Assembly (NCBI GenBank): GCA_012295275.1
Contig: CM022669.1
Span: 16,864,001-16,928,000, forward strand
Reading direction: 5' to 3'
Length of the DNA: 64,000 nucleotides
DNA from: Chrysomallon squamiferum
Lineage: Eukaryota; Animalia; Mollusca
Shown here: in pieces, positions 40,552 to 56,160 of the stretch
Layout of the letters: the number at the start of each line of letters is the position of its first letter
Numbering within the stretch: the first letter of the stretch is position 1
Notes under the pieces: model-generated
The model's database searches: none
Told to the model about the DNA's origin: nothing
Seen by the model: only the letters and a program-made list of their open reading frames with translations
Translations under genes and position numbers: made by a program

Positions 40552-40947
40552 TGATAAGAGTAAATATAAAATGTATTGATAAAGGAAGAACACATATGTT
40601 TATCAAACGTAGAAACATACAGTACAGAATCTCTATATTTGTGTAAATGTAAGAACAATACTGTAAATAGGAAGAATCCGTATGGTTATGTAATTGTAAG
40701 AAATATACTGTATTTATGAAGAGCAGGTATGTGTATGCAACGTAATAATGTAACTCGTTTTTGTTAATGTACATTGTAACGGAAGAATCTCTGTAAATTG
40801 TTAATTAATGTCAGTTTATATTTCTAAATATATACACTTGAAAACAAACTACTTTAACTGTCATTAATTCTTTTCTTTTTTTTTACTTTCTGAAATTTGT
40901 ACAGGTGTGCATTTTATTTTAAATTAATTTATTTTAAAATTATTTAT

Positions 40948-40984
<37 letters not shown>

Positions 40985-41342
40985 GTATGAAAACAGTTTA
41001 AAAAAATAAATTGGCGTCATTTTATCTTTTATAACAATGATATTTCATTGTCTTACTTTCGCTATGACTCATGATAGGTCGGTCACCCTAAACTATAAAA
41101 TGATATCTTTCATGTATAAATATTTCCTAAATAATTTGCACTATATGTAAACTGTGTTTTCAGACAGTGAAAGATAATCATTTGTAGATAATCTTGGATG
41201 AAACTGAAAGAAAAACACTGAGATGTAGTGTTGAAGTTATGTAAATAATATAATAAGGTATATATAATTATGTGTGTGATTATCTTATTTAACATCGTGT
41301 TATTTAATAGAACTGTTGCGTACAGCAAAACGATTGGAAATC

Positions 41343-41454
<112 letters not shown>

Positions 41455-43455
41455 AGAGAGAGAATATCTGATGTATAGATATTTGTTTTTATTACATATC
41501 ATTCGGTTATATATGTGTGTATTATAAAATGCATGAATGTTATATATGCAGATTTACAAGTAAGGTCAGAAAAACCAGCAGTGTCAGCTTTTAACTGTCA
41601 ACTCTGAAAACAGATCTTACGTAACTGTAATAAACTCTGGCTGCTCCGATGTCTGTAAACAGCTAACATTATATATCAAACATCAGGTCTCTCTAGTAGT
41701 GTGTTTATTTGTAATTTATTTATTTGTTTGTTTGTTTGTTTGTTTGTTTGTTTGTTTGTTTGTTGAAAATAAACTCAGCGTGGTTCTGCTAACAAAAGTC
41801 TAAAGCTAACTTTACAACTCAACAATAAACAAACCTGTTTCTATCTTAACACTGGCTGAATTTAAAATTGTACTTTTTGTTGCAATACTTCGTTATTAGT
41901 TTTGTAAAAAATAATACGAAAAGGAAAAAGAAGATAAAGAAAAGGAATAATATATATATATTTTTTTGGTTTGTTTTCTTATCGCCAAAGGTAAATTTCA
42001 GAACAGTATTAACAGAAACAGAATGGGTTATATTGTGTACTCATACGACAATAACAATTATTACTACCAATCCTTAAAGCTGCAGTAGAAACGAGCGTGA
42101 CTAAATAGTCACGCAACAATCACAAGACGACGAAAACAAAAAACAGTGAATATAATAAGACCAGAACGGGAGGTGAGAGAAATTGGCACGTGACTACGAT
42201 TTTTAGGAACTACATATGGCAGAAGCACCGGGTAAATATTACTGACGTTTCAAAGACAGCCAAAATATTAATATTTTAAAGATGTTTTATCAAAGACTAT
42301 GAATTTATAATAAAGAAAATAAATGCAAGTAACTGAAACCAACTTACGTTCTAAATTTATTACAATATACTTTGTTTCAGCGGCAGGGTTGAATTTAACA
42401 CTCGATTATATGTAACATGAATCATTAGTATTTTTCAATGATTACAAAAATACTTAATCAGTGGTTTGAAGTGGGCGCCTTCATTCAACATATAGCCTGG
42501 ACCAAACTTTGCTCGGACCTGGACGTAATTACCAGTAACATTATTGAAATTGGTTGTTTTTGACTGATGCTCGCAAATGAAAAACATGCGTCAAGCGTTA
42601 TGAAGTGTTACTACGTCAAATGTTAGATAATCAGTTTTACAAAACACTAATGAATTGTTATAAATCAAAAAATCCATCAGGCAGTTTTACGTGTATGGCT
42701 TAAATAAATATGTTGTTGAAGCTGATATCCCATCATGTGTGATAGGAGATTGAAACGATAATTTTATAAGAATGCAAGGATTGGTGTCGTCTAAATTGTG
42801 ATGTTTTCCCAATAGTCTGATTTCTAGTTTCTTCCCGAGTAAATAAATGTTTCAACGATTCACTTTGTTATTGAAACAGTTCGATTGTTAAAGAACGTAT
42901 ATTTGCAACATATATAAAATACTGTAATTAAAATTTAAAAAATTATTTAAATAAATAAATTAATTAATTAAAATTTAAAAAGTGACATCAGTCCAAATTA
43001 TTTTCAATGTTAATATAATCAGAAAAGGAACAAACTGTTAATCTTGTAATATTAGATTTTTAATTTGTTCCATTCATTAACTGAAATCAGAAATACATGT
43101 ACTAGTTATTTTAAATATTAGTCAGTGATTTTTATTCTTTACAAACGAACGTATATAAATATTGCCTTTAAATATATTTTTGAAATGCAGTTTAAATATT
43201 TCCGACTAAGTTAGGTACTGCTGAAAATAATTCGGATGAAAAAAAAAATATTGTTATTAGACAACTTAAGATAACGAATTATACTAGAACTAGTGTAATT
43301 AAAACAATTTCATCGCTAAATTTCAATTAAAAATTAGCATTTTTCTGAATCTTATTTACCAGTTTTGAAGTTAAGTTGGTTTTAAAAGAAAAATGAAAGC
43401 GAGTAACTGAAAATAAATCTTTACAGTTATTTCAAACAAAAGTGAAAATATTTCT

Positions 43456-46400
43456 TCAAAGTGAAAACATCTTTCCGAACAGCAAAGTTCCTAGGTTGTC
43501 AAGGTTAGAGACGACTGGACTGTAACCATCTTGTTGCCATGGTTCCAGCAGCCATGGAAACCACAGGAAAGGTGTCACGAAGAAGTGGTCGATGTCGTGC
43601 TGAACAGCCGAGTGACTTGAGCTAAATATTCCATCCACAACGAGAGTTCCCGAATCTGTCACTGGTACGTACAGACCTGTACGAAGTTCAAAATACAAAG
43701 AAAACAAATAATTAACAGTGATTTTGGTTATATTTTGAAACACTATTAACTAGGAGAAAAACAAAACAAATTATGTTTACAAATTTTCATCGCGCAGCCA
43801 TTAAAAAAGACCCAACAATATTAATAATATGTGAAAGAAAGATGACACATACCAGACCATATATCCCATTTCGAAAAAGTCCCCGAAATTAACAGAAAAA
43901 GGACTCCAGAGTTTAAATACAGTTTGGTTATTTTGTATTTAAAGTATAATTGCATTAAATGTTGGTCCAGAAAACCGGGTAATGAGAAACCTGGTCATCT
44001 CTGACACCCATGTTTTTTACGGATAAACGTTCTGGTATCTGTATTCTAAACAAAACAAGATCCAGAACGTTTTGATATCATTTTCAATAGCTTTTCTTTC
44101 TTTTCGTTTTTATTTTTATTTTTATTTTTTTCAAAACAAAACTTAAAACAAATTAAAAAAAAAAATTGATTTGCTTTGTCTAATCGAAAATCAATATTTT
44201 GTTAAGCTGATGTTTATATATTAAAATATATTCTATGTTCTCAGATAAATTTTATCGTAATAATTATTGTTTCCTTTTTACCTTGTTTTAAAGAAAATGA
44301 AATTTGCACGACACGTTCTGGACAAAGACCATCTGGACACGAGTTTGTAGAGAAAATGTAATCACCTGGTTCCACTGATCTGGCAGATCTGGTTTACAAA
44401 CAAACAAAACAAAAAATTAAAAGGAGAAATTACGAAAAATTAATAATATATTTAATAAACATTTCTTCTTGTTTTTATTTCTGTTGGAGAGAAGAAAAAT
44501 TATTCAAAAAAATTATAATAATAATGGCAAAATTTAAAATAAAAATGTATTATTATTTTTCTCATTGACTTTACTTTTGGATACAAACTGTATGGAGTTA
44601 ACTACTGGTGTAGCGTGTGTGATTTGTTTATTCACTCTTGTCACCCTGTGCCTGCGGCCATGCCGGGTCGGGCCGGTAGTTAACACTGCGCATGTCTGGC
44701 GCGAACCTTGTCAGTACCGTAGTTCTTGTAATTAATGCACGTCACACAAACAGCTTCTTATTTTATTGCTTTTTAATCGATATACGACAAAACAAACAAG
44801 TGAACGACACTAAGACAGTAATTCCTAACCTCTGTGGTTTCATAAATGAAGTTTTCCAGCTATTTCCTTGTCTTTTGTGTTATTAATATTAATTTTAAAA
44901 TAACATAATTTCCTTTTCCTGTCTACTTTAATATTAATTATTACATAATATATTTGACGTTTCTGTTATGTTCACAACTGGTAATAACAGACATCATCGC
45001 AGTCAAATACGATAGATATTATGATGTGTTCTTCTCCATGAAGAGTGTATGTTTGTACATTTTACCACAATTTCCTTCTGTGTACAGAATCATTAAGTAT
45101 AATATCATATATTTTACATGTTTAGACTTGTTGTTAAGACAGACTTCTTTTTGCTTTTACCGTTACTGTTGAAATAAAATTAATAGATAATTTTGAACAT
45201 AAATAAAAAACTGTGTTTGTTCATACCTAGCTACCATGTCAGCTGAGTTGTTATTCTTGGACACAAAGATAAAATGGTCAGTCGACATAGACACACTGTT
45301 TCCAAATTCTGTTGTTAGTGTTTGATGAGTCACGTTCATATTTGGTAGACGCTTCAGAAACGTTTTCACTTTCATGAATACACGTCGACCGTTTTGGACT
45401 GAAATAAAACGTGAGCATGACTTTCTGATGTTGCTATCGTTACTAAATGAATCCGAATATGCGTCTTTTGTTTAAAAACGGATTAAGTCGACAACGTATT
45501 TTAACGATAAGGAAGCAAAAGAAATTTCCCACTTCGCTTTTGGGAAATCCTTCTAGTATTGTGGAGCCGCCTTATCTGCTGATTACACCAGTAGTAGTAC
45601 GAAACTTTGACTCAGTTCCAACTGGTATCTATAGCGGGGATTTCAAATTCACAATCCGCCATTTTGCACATTCGAACAGATTCTAAAACCCTAGACCTGC
45701 GGATGAGGGAGATCGACTGTATACAAAATATCTGCTTTAAGTCTGTGCATTATTCACGAAAAAATTTTTTTTTTTTTTTATTATTATTATTATTATGCGT
45801 AAAAAGTAAATAGTTATTAAAAATAAATTAATACTATATACAAACAATCTCCTTTAAATCTAAGTGTTATTTACCATTTAAAAAAAAAATGGCATTAATT
45901 AATAATAGGTCATAAAAATTAATAAATGAAAATATCGGTGTGCACTGTATAATATTTATAGTTTCAAGGTCGGGGTTCGTGCAGTGATACAACGGGAAAA
46001 AAAGTCAAGGAAATTAAAGTGAAAACACATCCTGCCATTATATAATAAAATTTACAATATTTCACAAATTCAAACTTTAAATGAACGTATCATGTATTCA
46101 TTCATATTTACTAGTAATGCTCAAATGTATTAAAATACCAAACTACGTATATCGGACTTGCCTGTCTGTACATTGTCTCCCACTTTCAGATCCTTCATTT
46201 CAACCACCGATCCGCTGCCTCGAAGAAGTCTTGAATCGCCAGGAAAGCAGAATTTCTCCTTACCCTCTGCTTTCGGACATTGTTGGCAACATTCTGTAGA
46301 ATCATAGGTCGTCTTGCAACCGCAGAACATTATTTGGCAGAATTCCATCGGCGAGGTCTTTTCAATTCCGTTGACGTAACATTTACATTTAGGCTTGAGT

Positions 46401-46617
46401 TAAAACAGAATTATCTCTGTTAATGAAGATTGATGTCCAGATAGGAAAATCGTTGTTAATGGTTTCTCTTTCTTCCGAGATTGATAAACATTACTAGCAT
46501 TACTCTGAGTTTCTCACATCTAACTTACACATTTTACATTAATATTTTCTGTCTTTTTATATATTCTACACATTTCTTCTTCTTCTTCTTCTTCTACTTC
46601 TTTTTTCACATTGGTTT

Positions 46618-46686
<69 letters not shown>

Positions 46687-47374
46687 ATCTCTCATTCACT
46701 CTCTCTCTCTCTATTTATCTATTTATCTATCTATTCTATAGCTATATGCTATTGATGTGGATTTCTATTTTCCTCACTTTAAAATAGATAACAATTATGA
46801 CATGTATGATTTGTTTTTAGTTTTATGAACGATGATGTATCGGCAACATTTAGATCAGTTTTTGTTTAATCATCTTCTAAAAAGAATGCAGAAAAACACA
46901 CCCATACATTCGTGTTTACCAGCATGGCTGTTGCTCAAATAAAGAACATACAAAAGTTATACCAATAACACCAACAACAGCAACAATAATAGTAATAATA
47001 ATAATAATAATCATAATAATAATTATAAAAGAAAATTTTATCTTCAACAAAATGCCATAATGATGTTACATATACTCACTATTACATATGGTTCCTTCTC
47101 CCCTGAATGAGAACCTAAAAGCAAGGTGTGTATCAGCATTTGTAATACATACAAGATAATTAATATCATAAAGTATTCTTCAGACTTACTGAACAAAGAC
47201 AAAGGTTTCTAAATTCATATTATGCATATGCAATACTATACCAGAGCGCGCGTGTGTGTGGTCGTGCATGTGTAAATTTGTGTATTTATGCGTATGTGTG
47301 TAAAAGATGAAGAGAATGTATCTCCATACTTCTCCTTTTAGAACAGCTGCAGCCAGTGAGAAATAAAAATACAT
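43456..47374 (-). CDS. Hedgehog-related (Hint/Hog) secreted precursor, copy C (~272 aa; 5' exons less certain)
   Basis: Firm exons 46393-46162, 45398-45227, 44388-44282 and 43676-43456. Likely 5' exons 47374-47330, 47208-47190 and 47102-47080 give MYFYFSLAAAVLKGEKPLSLFREKEPYVI. Then PKCKCYVNGIEKTSPMEFCQIMFCGCKTTYDSTECCQQCPKAEGKEKF|CFPGDS. Confidence 0.82.
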
Positions 47375-47973
47375 TTTGTTTGTGGTTAGTTATTGGCAGA
47401 TGACACACAATAACGTACGTCAGTAAATCATATCCATCAAAATAAACAATAGTAAAGACCAGTCACAGCTCTTTGTTTGTTTGTTTATTTATTTATTTAT
47501 TTATTCATTCATTCATTCATTTACCTATCTGTAACATATTATATATACATTTTATGTATATATTACAAACACACGCACACATACAATACATACATACATA
47601 CATACATATACACATTTCAGTTTTGTACAACAATGATAGGACCGTAGATAAATGTTATTTTAATGACAACCCATACATAACAGCTTTGATCGTGTAGCAA
47701 AATCTGACAAATACAACAGTAGAGATTGGCAGAAGGGTGTCAAATCACACAAAATAGCAGTAAAATGAAACCTCCCAACCACTCTGACTTTAATGAAATA
47801 TGCATTTGAATTAAACGCTCATATTTCCAATTTTTGCAAGATCGGGAAAACAGTTTTCGATATAATTTATGGTAATTTTGACAGGACCGTCAACATTCAG
47901 ATGACTGTGGCTTAGAACCAATTGGTCAATATTGTCGAAATGACTCTTCTTCTTCTTCTTCTTCTTATTTTTA

Positions 47974-48040
<67 letters not shown>

Positions 48041-49139
48041 TATTATTATTACTCTGGGTTTTTTCTAGATATTAAAGAAAGTTGTAAATAATTATATTTG
48101 TCTGGGGAATGCGCTAAAATTAGATGACCATCCGAAATCCAGAATGAAGCTTGAACGGTTCTCTCCCAAACGACAGACATCCCATATTGCAGACATGCTA
48201 TTTGATAGACAAAACTCTTTGTTGTGTCATGTAATGTATACTGTAAGGCGCTGACTGCTTGAGCGGTACTGCTCCAGTCTACGGCTGTAGAGAAGCAGCA
48301 GTGTTAATCAGTTAGCTGACTGACTTTACCACAGTATTGTTTTATACTGCACCTGTTTAAAATACTTTCTTGTAGCTACTGATTTTATACAAGCAACAGC
48401 GAGAGCTTAATTGTAATCTGTTAAATGCAGTTAATAAATGTAAAGATTCAATGCTTTTTGCGATCCATGTTTTTTAGAGATTATCTCCATTCAACTCATT
48501 TCACTTCAGACAGACATTGATATGTTTTTATAGCAAAGATTATTTTGTATTTAACAACCATTATCTTGTATTTATTTGCCCAAATACCTTTAAAAAAAAA
48601 AAATAGCTAGTAAGAGACTCTAATATAAATACAGTTTATAACAAAACACATTCTATAGGTGTTAGATATTGTTCTGCGAGAATTAATTAAATGTATTAAA
48701 TGTGCATACTGCTTTAGTGCAGCCTATCTCAGTCAGTGACTATCAAATAGCTCATTGACTTTAGCACAGCAAATGTAAAGATGCTGTGTTTTATGAAGTC
48801 CGTGTTTTTTTTTAGATTAGTTCATGAGCTTCTCAACTGCAACATATGTAATCAATTCATTTCACTTCAGATAGACATTATTTTTATACTCTAACGAGCA
48901 ATATCTAGTATTTCACTGACCGTACAATGAAACCATAGCTAATTACAGATATAACATATAAAAGTTCACATACATTAACTACATTACCTACCAAAAACAG
49001 ATTCAAATTTTATAGTCATGGCTGTTTCAGTCACAAAAAGGTACACCACAAATAACACTGGACGGATTTCTGTTTGCAAGGAATCGTACCAAAGTGAAAA
49101 GCGTTCACTGGAGATGTGTGACAAAAACGTGTATCGGAA

Positions 49140-49330
49140 AGTGCACCATTCCATCTGATTTGTGTGGAACCATCATCTGACTACTGGACCCAGAACAAAC
49201 AATAATCTGCTGGGATTTCATTCAGGAAGGAATGAGTCAGTTCAACTTCACCATCCCAATATATATATAGATTTGTAGAACTGATAAAGGGAAAAGAAAC
49301 CTCAGAACGTGCTAAACTGAGACAGATACA
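49140..49330 (+). mobile_element. Mutator-like (MULE) transposase C-terminal remnant
   Basis: Reads WNHHLTTGPRTNNNLLGFHS, then after a frameshift HPNIYRFVELIK. This resembles the RTNNxxEGWH...HPNIWxFIxxLK block of MULE transposases. A related copy lies at ~57730-57835. Confidence 0.6.
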
Positions 49331-50693
49331 GTTTGGATCTGCCCCAGCACCAAGAAAGAGAATTTATAAACAGTCAGAAAACAGACTCCTGAGACTGAAG
49401 GCACAGCTACCTCTTGTCCAGAAAACTTCCAATCTGTTCCTGAACGCTTTGGACCTTTTTTAAAATTGGGATAAAAATGCGTCAAATGGACATGGTAAAA
49501 TCTATAAATACCCTTAATTTTTTTAAATTGTGTGTAGTGTATTTCCTTGTATTTATTACAAGTATCATTTAAGGGAAACGGCAGATTGTTAGTAATTCGC
49601 TCAGCCGTGATTTGTCTTGTTTTAGTCCGTCTGCGTTATGGGACATCTCACTTTTGGAAGGTCGCCGAAAGAACCCGTACCAAATTTGAGGATAATAGAT
49701 GGAAATGCTATGAAATGGCTCTATAGAAATAGAGATAATTAGAAATAACTGAATTACAAATGGGTGCTAATCCTATAATAAAAAAAACAACAACCTGAAA
49801 ACTTAACAATATATAATTAGTCGTTTACAGATACATACAACGCTTACAAAGTAAAACAATACATGCATATACTCTTCAATGCTAATTATTAATTAACAGT
49901 CACTTTAGAAGATATAACAATACGTCAAGCTAAAGAGTATTTTTAATTAATCTACTTCAGATACAATTACTGAAAACAGTTTTCTCAAGATACTGTTGTC
50001 ATATAAAGTATTTCTTTTGTAAAAAAAAAAGTTAAAATTTTAAGATCGTTAAAGTTTTTCTATTATCAGTAAATCTAGACACTGACTTACAAAACATTTA
50101 ATACAAAATGATTAAATATTGAATTACCTGCAATTACCGTAATTAGTGACAGAAATAATTTAGTGAAGTACATGTCGTCTGTGATGTCGCAGAACGTAAT
50201 TATATGTGAATGAGCAGGAATTGCAAATAAAAATAAGTCAGTTCAAAAATGGATGTACAACAGAAAGCAAATAGGTGTACATAAATGATATACTAATTAA
50301 AACTGAATACGTCAAATTTATATTAGAACGATCAAACATCAAAACAAACATGTAGAACGAACAAACATCAAAACAAAAATTTAAAAAAAAATTAATATAT
50401 ATGTGTGTATATATATATATAAAAGAATAAAACAAAAACCAAACCAAATGCAGTAGAATAAAAATCAAATGAAATAGAATATATTTAAATTAATTATAAA
50501 TTTGTTAAAATTCCAAACTTTAATCACAATGCAGCTTCCTCCATAAATATAATGTCTTTAATAATGCAAATAATAATAATAAAATAATAATAATAATAAT
50601 AATAAATTATATCAAATTTAGGTCAGCTTTAAAACAAAAGTGAAAGCGAATAACTAACAAATCTGTCTTTCAAACAAAAGTGAAAATAATTCT

Positions 50694-51058
50694 TCAAAGT
50701 GAAAACAGCTTTCCTAACAGCAAAGTTCCTAGGTTGTCAAGGTTAGAGACGACTGGACTCCAACCATCTTGTTGCCATGGTTCCAACAACCAAGGAAACC
50801 AGAGGAAAGGTTTCACGAAGAAGTGGTCGATGTCGTGCTGAACAGCCGAGTGACTTGAGCTAAATATTCCATCCACAACGAGAGTTCCTGAATCTGTCAC
50901 TGGTACGTACAGACCTGTACGAAGTTCAAAACACAAATAAAACAGTTAATAACAATTTTATTATATTTCGAACGGATAATAGTTCGATAAAAAGTAAATA
51001 AAAATCACAAAACAATTAACCGTGAACAAGTAAAGGTACAACAGTTAATGTATTTTAA

Positions 51059-51090
<32 letters not shown>

Positions 51091-54000
51091 CGTGCGAACG
51101 TGTTTCTGTATGTGTCTCATTTTTATTGGCCTGCCTATATTTATTTGTAACAAATTTATGTTGTTTTTCTTTTACCTTGTTTTAAAAAAAATGAAATTTG
51201 CACAACACATTCTGGACAAAAGCCGTCTGGACATGAGTTTGTAGAGAAAATGTAATCACCTGGTTCCACTGATTTGGCAGTTCTGGTTAATAAACAAACA
51301 TAGGGAAGATTAAAATGCAATGTAATTCTTATTCCTATTATTATAATTGTGAAAAAAATGCAGGAGAAAAAATGACATAAAGTATTTTCATTAACGGATT
51401 GTCACTTTCCATCATTTATAGGGATACATTGGAGGACAGAGAATCAAATATTTTAAGCATGCATTGTTTGAAAATGATGATTCGTTTAACTTTCTTTTTA
51501 CCTAGCTACCATATCTGCTGAGTTGTTATTTTTGGAGACAAAGATAAAATGGTCAGTCGACATAGACACACTGTTTCCAAATTCTGTTGTTAGTGTTTGA
51601 TGAGTCACGTTCATATTTGGTTGTCGCTTCAGAAACGTTTTCACTTTCATAAACAAACGTCGACCGTTTTGCACTGAAATAAAATAGGAAACTGTAGATA
51701 AATGGTCAAGAATGAATATGATATTAATACCAACACCGATCCGAAAGTGGGGGTAGTTGATAAGACAGAGGAATTTATTTTTAGAAAAGAATCGGTTAAG
51801 CTATGGACATTATTTCGAAGGATCGAAGCTGCTAATAAAATGGTTAGGATCAAGTTTCAGACGAAAGATACAGCAATAATTGTATAATTTAGTAAAGTTA
51901 ATTCAGGGGAAATATCTTCAACTGACAGGATATTTTGAGAAAACTGGGTCCAGAAACTTGTGTTATTATGACTTATACCCAAAACTATAAAACTAGTGTA
52001 ACTGGACGATTAGTTTTTCTCAAAAATCTTGTTTCGTTCTCTTTTTTCTTTCTTTTTTCTTTTTTAAATCTAAAATGACAATTTCTCGCATTCTTTATCT
52101 TGATTAAACAAGATACCGAGTAAAGATCAGCATTCGATGTAGAAGTAAGGATATGATACTTAAGTTCATTAGTTGCAGACATTAACTGTCTTGCCTGTCA
52201 ATACTTTTTGTCCAACTTTTAGATTCTTCATTCGAATCAACGATCCGTCCTCTGTAACAAGATATGAATCGCCACAAAAGCATGATCCATTTCTTGAGTG
52301 TTTTTTCTCCGGCACTGGACATTTCTGACAACATTCTCCTTCTTGATCACCACTCGTATAGCAGCCGCAGAAATCATCGTCACATGCAGCCTTGGGTCCA
52401 GCTATCATTCTGTTGGTGTTCGTATCCATACATTTGCACATTGCCTGTCATAGAAGTACGGTTTGTCCACATTAGAACACTGATATGGAATAAAATATCA
52501 TTCTAACTAACACAGACAGACAGACCCACAGCCACACACTGATTCACGTAAACTCACGCACGCATACGAACACACCCATCTAAAACAATGCCAACAATCA
52601 CAGAATAATAAATAACTTATCATGAATTAATCAGAACAGTGTTTATGTTGAAAAGTAATAACCAAACCAGTTACTGGGGAATTTGACTGATGATGTCAAC
52701 TACATGAATAATTTATTTAATGGTTTACAGAAAGATAATATTGGTACCTAATACAAAATTTTGTAATTCATAAGCAAACCATTATTGCTAAAAACAGATA
52801 TCGCTTTTGTATGGACTAGACAATTCTCTGAAGTACAACTTAAACAAAATGTATATGATATATACCTCGTAGGGAAAGTGTAATCCTTTTGCATCTTTGC
52901 TATCTTTAGTATACATGCAGTATTGTTTACTCTTTCGACAAGCTGACTTATTTTCTACTGTACAAATAATGGCAATGACCCATGCACTCTATTAAATTTC
53001 GACTGCAGAAAAATGGTTATGTTTCCTTATTAATTAAGACTACAAAATGATAAAAGAAGAAGAAGAGGAAAAGGAAGAAGAAGAGGAGGAATAGAAAGAA
53101 AAAGCAAACAATTATTAAAGTTTACATTATTTCTTAAAATCATCAGATGTATAGTTTAGTACTTACGAAACCATCCTGTACAGTTTTAGCTAGGAGGTAA
53201 ATATATGAGAAATGTTACATATATAATATATGCACAAACACTGAATTGTAAATGTGTGTGTGTTTTCGTTGGAAGAAGACATATTCACTGAAAATCAGGA
53301 CGTTTCTTACCGGCGTACAAAATCGGTCTCTGACATAAACTGATGAGCCTCGATATCTTCGCTTCAGTTGCAGGATAAAAAAATGAACCGGTTATGTTTG
53401 CTTTTTTGGTTGCTTTTTTCTGGGTTTTTTGTTTGTTTGTTGTTGATTTGTTTGTTATTTTGTTTTGTTTTTTTTTTTTGTTTTTGTTTTGTTGTTGTTT
53501 TTTTTTTTTTTTTTTTGGGGTGGGGGGGGGGGGTTGTTTTGGGGTGTTAATGACACCCAGCACAAAAACAGTTCTTTACTGTAGTAAATAAAACAATTAT
53601 TTCCATCTCGTGATCTATTTCAATAAATGTGAACGAAATCATCATCTCTACAATCTTTCGACAGATGCACTATTCGAATACAATGCTAGATGGTTTAACA
53701 TTCAACGGTGGAAGGAAAAATATGAAGGAGTCTCTGTTATTGGTGTCAAAACTGGAAACAACCCAGAACTGCTTGATGCGAAGACCAAAGGTACAAGTAC
53801 CATTTAGCTTTACATCAAACGACCTAACACCAGGTTACGACTAGGATGTTTTGGTAAGGATTTTAATTTTGATAAATACTGAACAGATTACTAAGTACGT
53901 CTAGCATGAAAACTAGATTCGAACATACAAGCTGTCAACAAGCGATGTTCTAAAAGCACCAAATAACCAAACACCACATAAAAATATTAATTTTATCCTG

Positions 54001-54977
54001 CTCAAATCGAAGGGCATCTTAATTATTACTGAACATAAAACAGATTAAAACATAATTCTAGACTTTAGCAATAAGCAGTTTATTCTGAACATTGACTATC
54101 CTGTGTGATGTTCTAACAAAGACTCCAGTTTGTGGTCTTTGTAATTTTATCTTATGTCAGAACTTTCAGTGATATCAACTTCATGTCATGACAAGTGAAA
54201 TTCGTGCTCAATCTATTTAATTATCTTGTGGGATTTTTTCTAGGTATTTTAGCGTAATAAAATTACATGACTTTACATAAAAGGCACTATGAAGCTAGAC
54301 TTTGAGGCATATTCAAACATACAGAAGATGTTAAAAGAGAACATTTGTATATTGTCTTACAGAAATAGTGGTATTTAAAAAATTATTTGAATTACTTACC
54401 ACTTATAGTCCTATACAGTACTGAAAATTTCACAAAATATATTAAATACCTTTTACAAAAAAGCTGTACTGTGAATGAGGTGGGGAAAAAAGTTTCTACA
54501 AATTAAAATAATTTATTTGTATATTCTTTCATATTAATCAGTTGTAAAACAATATTACTGAACAGTAGCTCTGGAGTATTTAACGATACGTGAAGCCAAT
54601 GGTAATTTTTAAAATAATCTACTTCAAATATAATTCAGTTAATAAAAACAGTTTTGCCAACATAACAGTCTGAGATAAAATCTTGTCTCTAAATATTTTG
54701 TACAAGAAAATCTAAAAGAAAAAGAAAATAAAAGAAATAAATGTAGTAATATTAAAGTTAAACTTGATTATCCACACAATTAGATACGTATTTGCTTGTT
54801 ATTTACAATACGTTTGTAATCTTTAAAGTTACAAATGTAATCCACAGAAATGGTGATAGTGCATCGGTAGTTATAATACAAATATAGAGAAATAGAGCGT
54901 TATACACATTAACCTTATATCTAAATACCTGCAAGAAGTGACAGAACTGCTCCATCAAACAAGCTTTTGAAATACAT
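50694..54977 (-). CDS. Hedgehog-related (Hint/Hog) secreted precursor, copy D (~280 aa)
   Basis: Exons 54977-54929, 54420-54400, 53189-53167, 52444-52195, 51673-51502, 51282-51176 and 50914-50694 (843 nt). MYFKSLFDGAVLSLLAVLYRTISAKTVQDGFAMCKCMDTNTNRMIAGPKAACDDDFCGCYTSGDQEGECCQKCPVPEKKHSRNGS|CFCGDS. Confidence 0.9.
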
Positions 54978-55236
54978 TTCGTCTGTGTTTTCGTTAAAAG
55001 GAAATTGTTGCTACCTATGTTTGTAGATGTGTAGAGAAACACTATCTGGAAACAGCAGACGTGTCAGGTAAAAACATTTGTTCAACAGTCAGCGAAATAA
55101 TCTATTAATTAACATATTATATATGTAACAAAAAAAGTGAATAATAATAATAATAATAATAATAATATAATAATAATAATAATAATAAGGATAATGATGA
55201 TAATCATTTAATAATGATAATGATATTATTATTATG

Positions 55237-55298
<62 letters not shown>

Positions 55299-55794
55299 GA
55301 TGGATATATTAATCCAAAAAACCTGTCATTTCAAAATATAAAAATAGAAAGCTTAATTAACAAGCCATACTAAATTATATGGTGTCCCTTTTATGACTAT
55401 TTTATCTGCTTATGAAACTTGTAGTCATGAACATTTGCAGCAAATATCATTAATATTTAGCTTTATGTCATAAAAAAAATCTCTGTTTAGATTTATGTTG
55501 AAGAAGTTAATGTATCGGTATGGATAAATATTATAATACTTGTACCAAATTTTACAAAAATGTTTATTCACGTCTGGGTTGGTCTTATTCAAGCACAACA
55601 TACATATACATGAAAATACTGTACAAGAAGGTTTTCCTGTAAAAGATGTATTAACTTATGTACTTAATTCTAAAATGAATAAAATCTAGTGCAATTGTAG
55701 TTTAATAAAATAATGAAAAAAAAATACATATTTAAAGTAGATGATGAATGAATAAGTTAGTATGTAAGAAAGTATGTTAGTGTGTAAGTAACGA

Positions 55795-56160
55795 CTGATG
55801 GATGTTAAACGACACCGCAGTACGAAACACATTTTGGCTATCGGGTGTGAAAACAAAGGTAAAAATTCTCAAAAATGTTTTAACAAGTTCAGGAATGAAT
55901 CGAAATGTAGCGTACGGCCACAGCAGACTGACAATGTTCATATTGAGGTGGATGGATCATCTTCAGGATAAATGAATGGGTCAAATAACTATGACCTATG
56001 GGAGCAGGACACAGAACTATATCATCACTCCTGGAGCTCCTGTAGAATGACTGCCATGCTCAAAGGATTGCCATGAATGAAGTTTGTTCACGTACGCACC
56101 GTTCTAATCATCTTTCCAAATCGAAAACGATATGTCCGAGAGTTTGATGATCCTTTAATT
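55795..56160 (-). mobile_element. Non-LTR retrotransposon (I/Nimb-like LINE) 3' remnant
   Basis: The minus strand reads YRSSRSDDIVLCPAPIGHSYLTHSFILKMIHPPQYEHCQSAVAVRYI, a decayed version of the LINE ORF2 C-terminal 'VLCRxRIGHTxLTH...CxxC...TVxH' block. Its end motif (GATGTTAAACGACACC) recurs near 53545 and 62355. Confidence 0.7.
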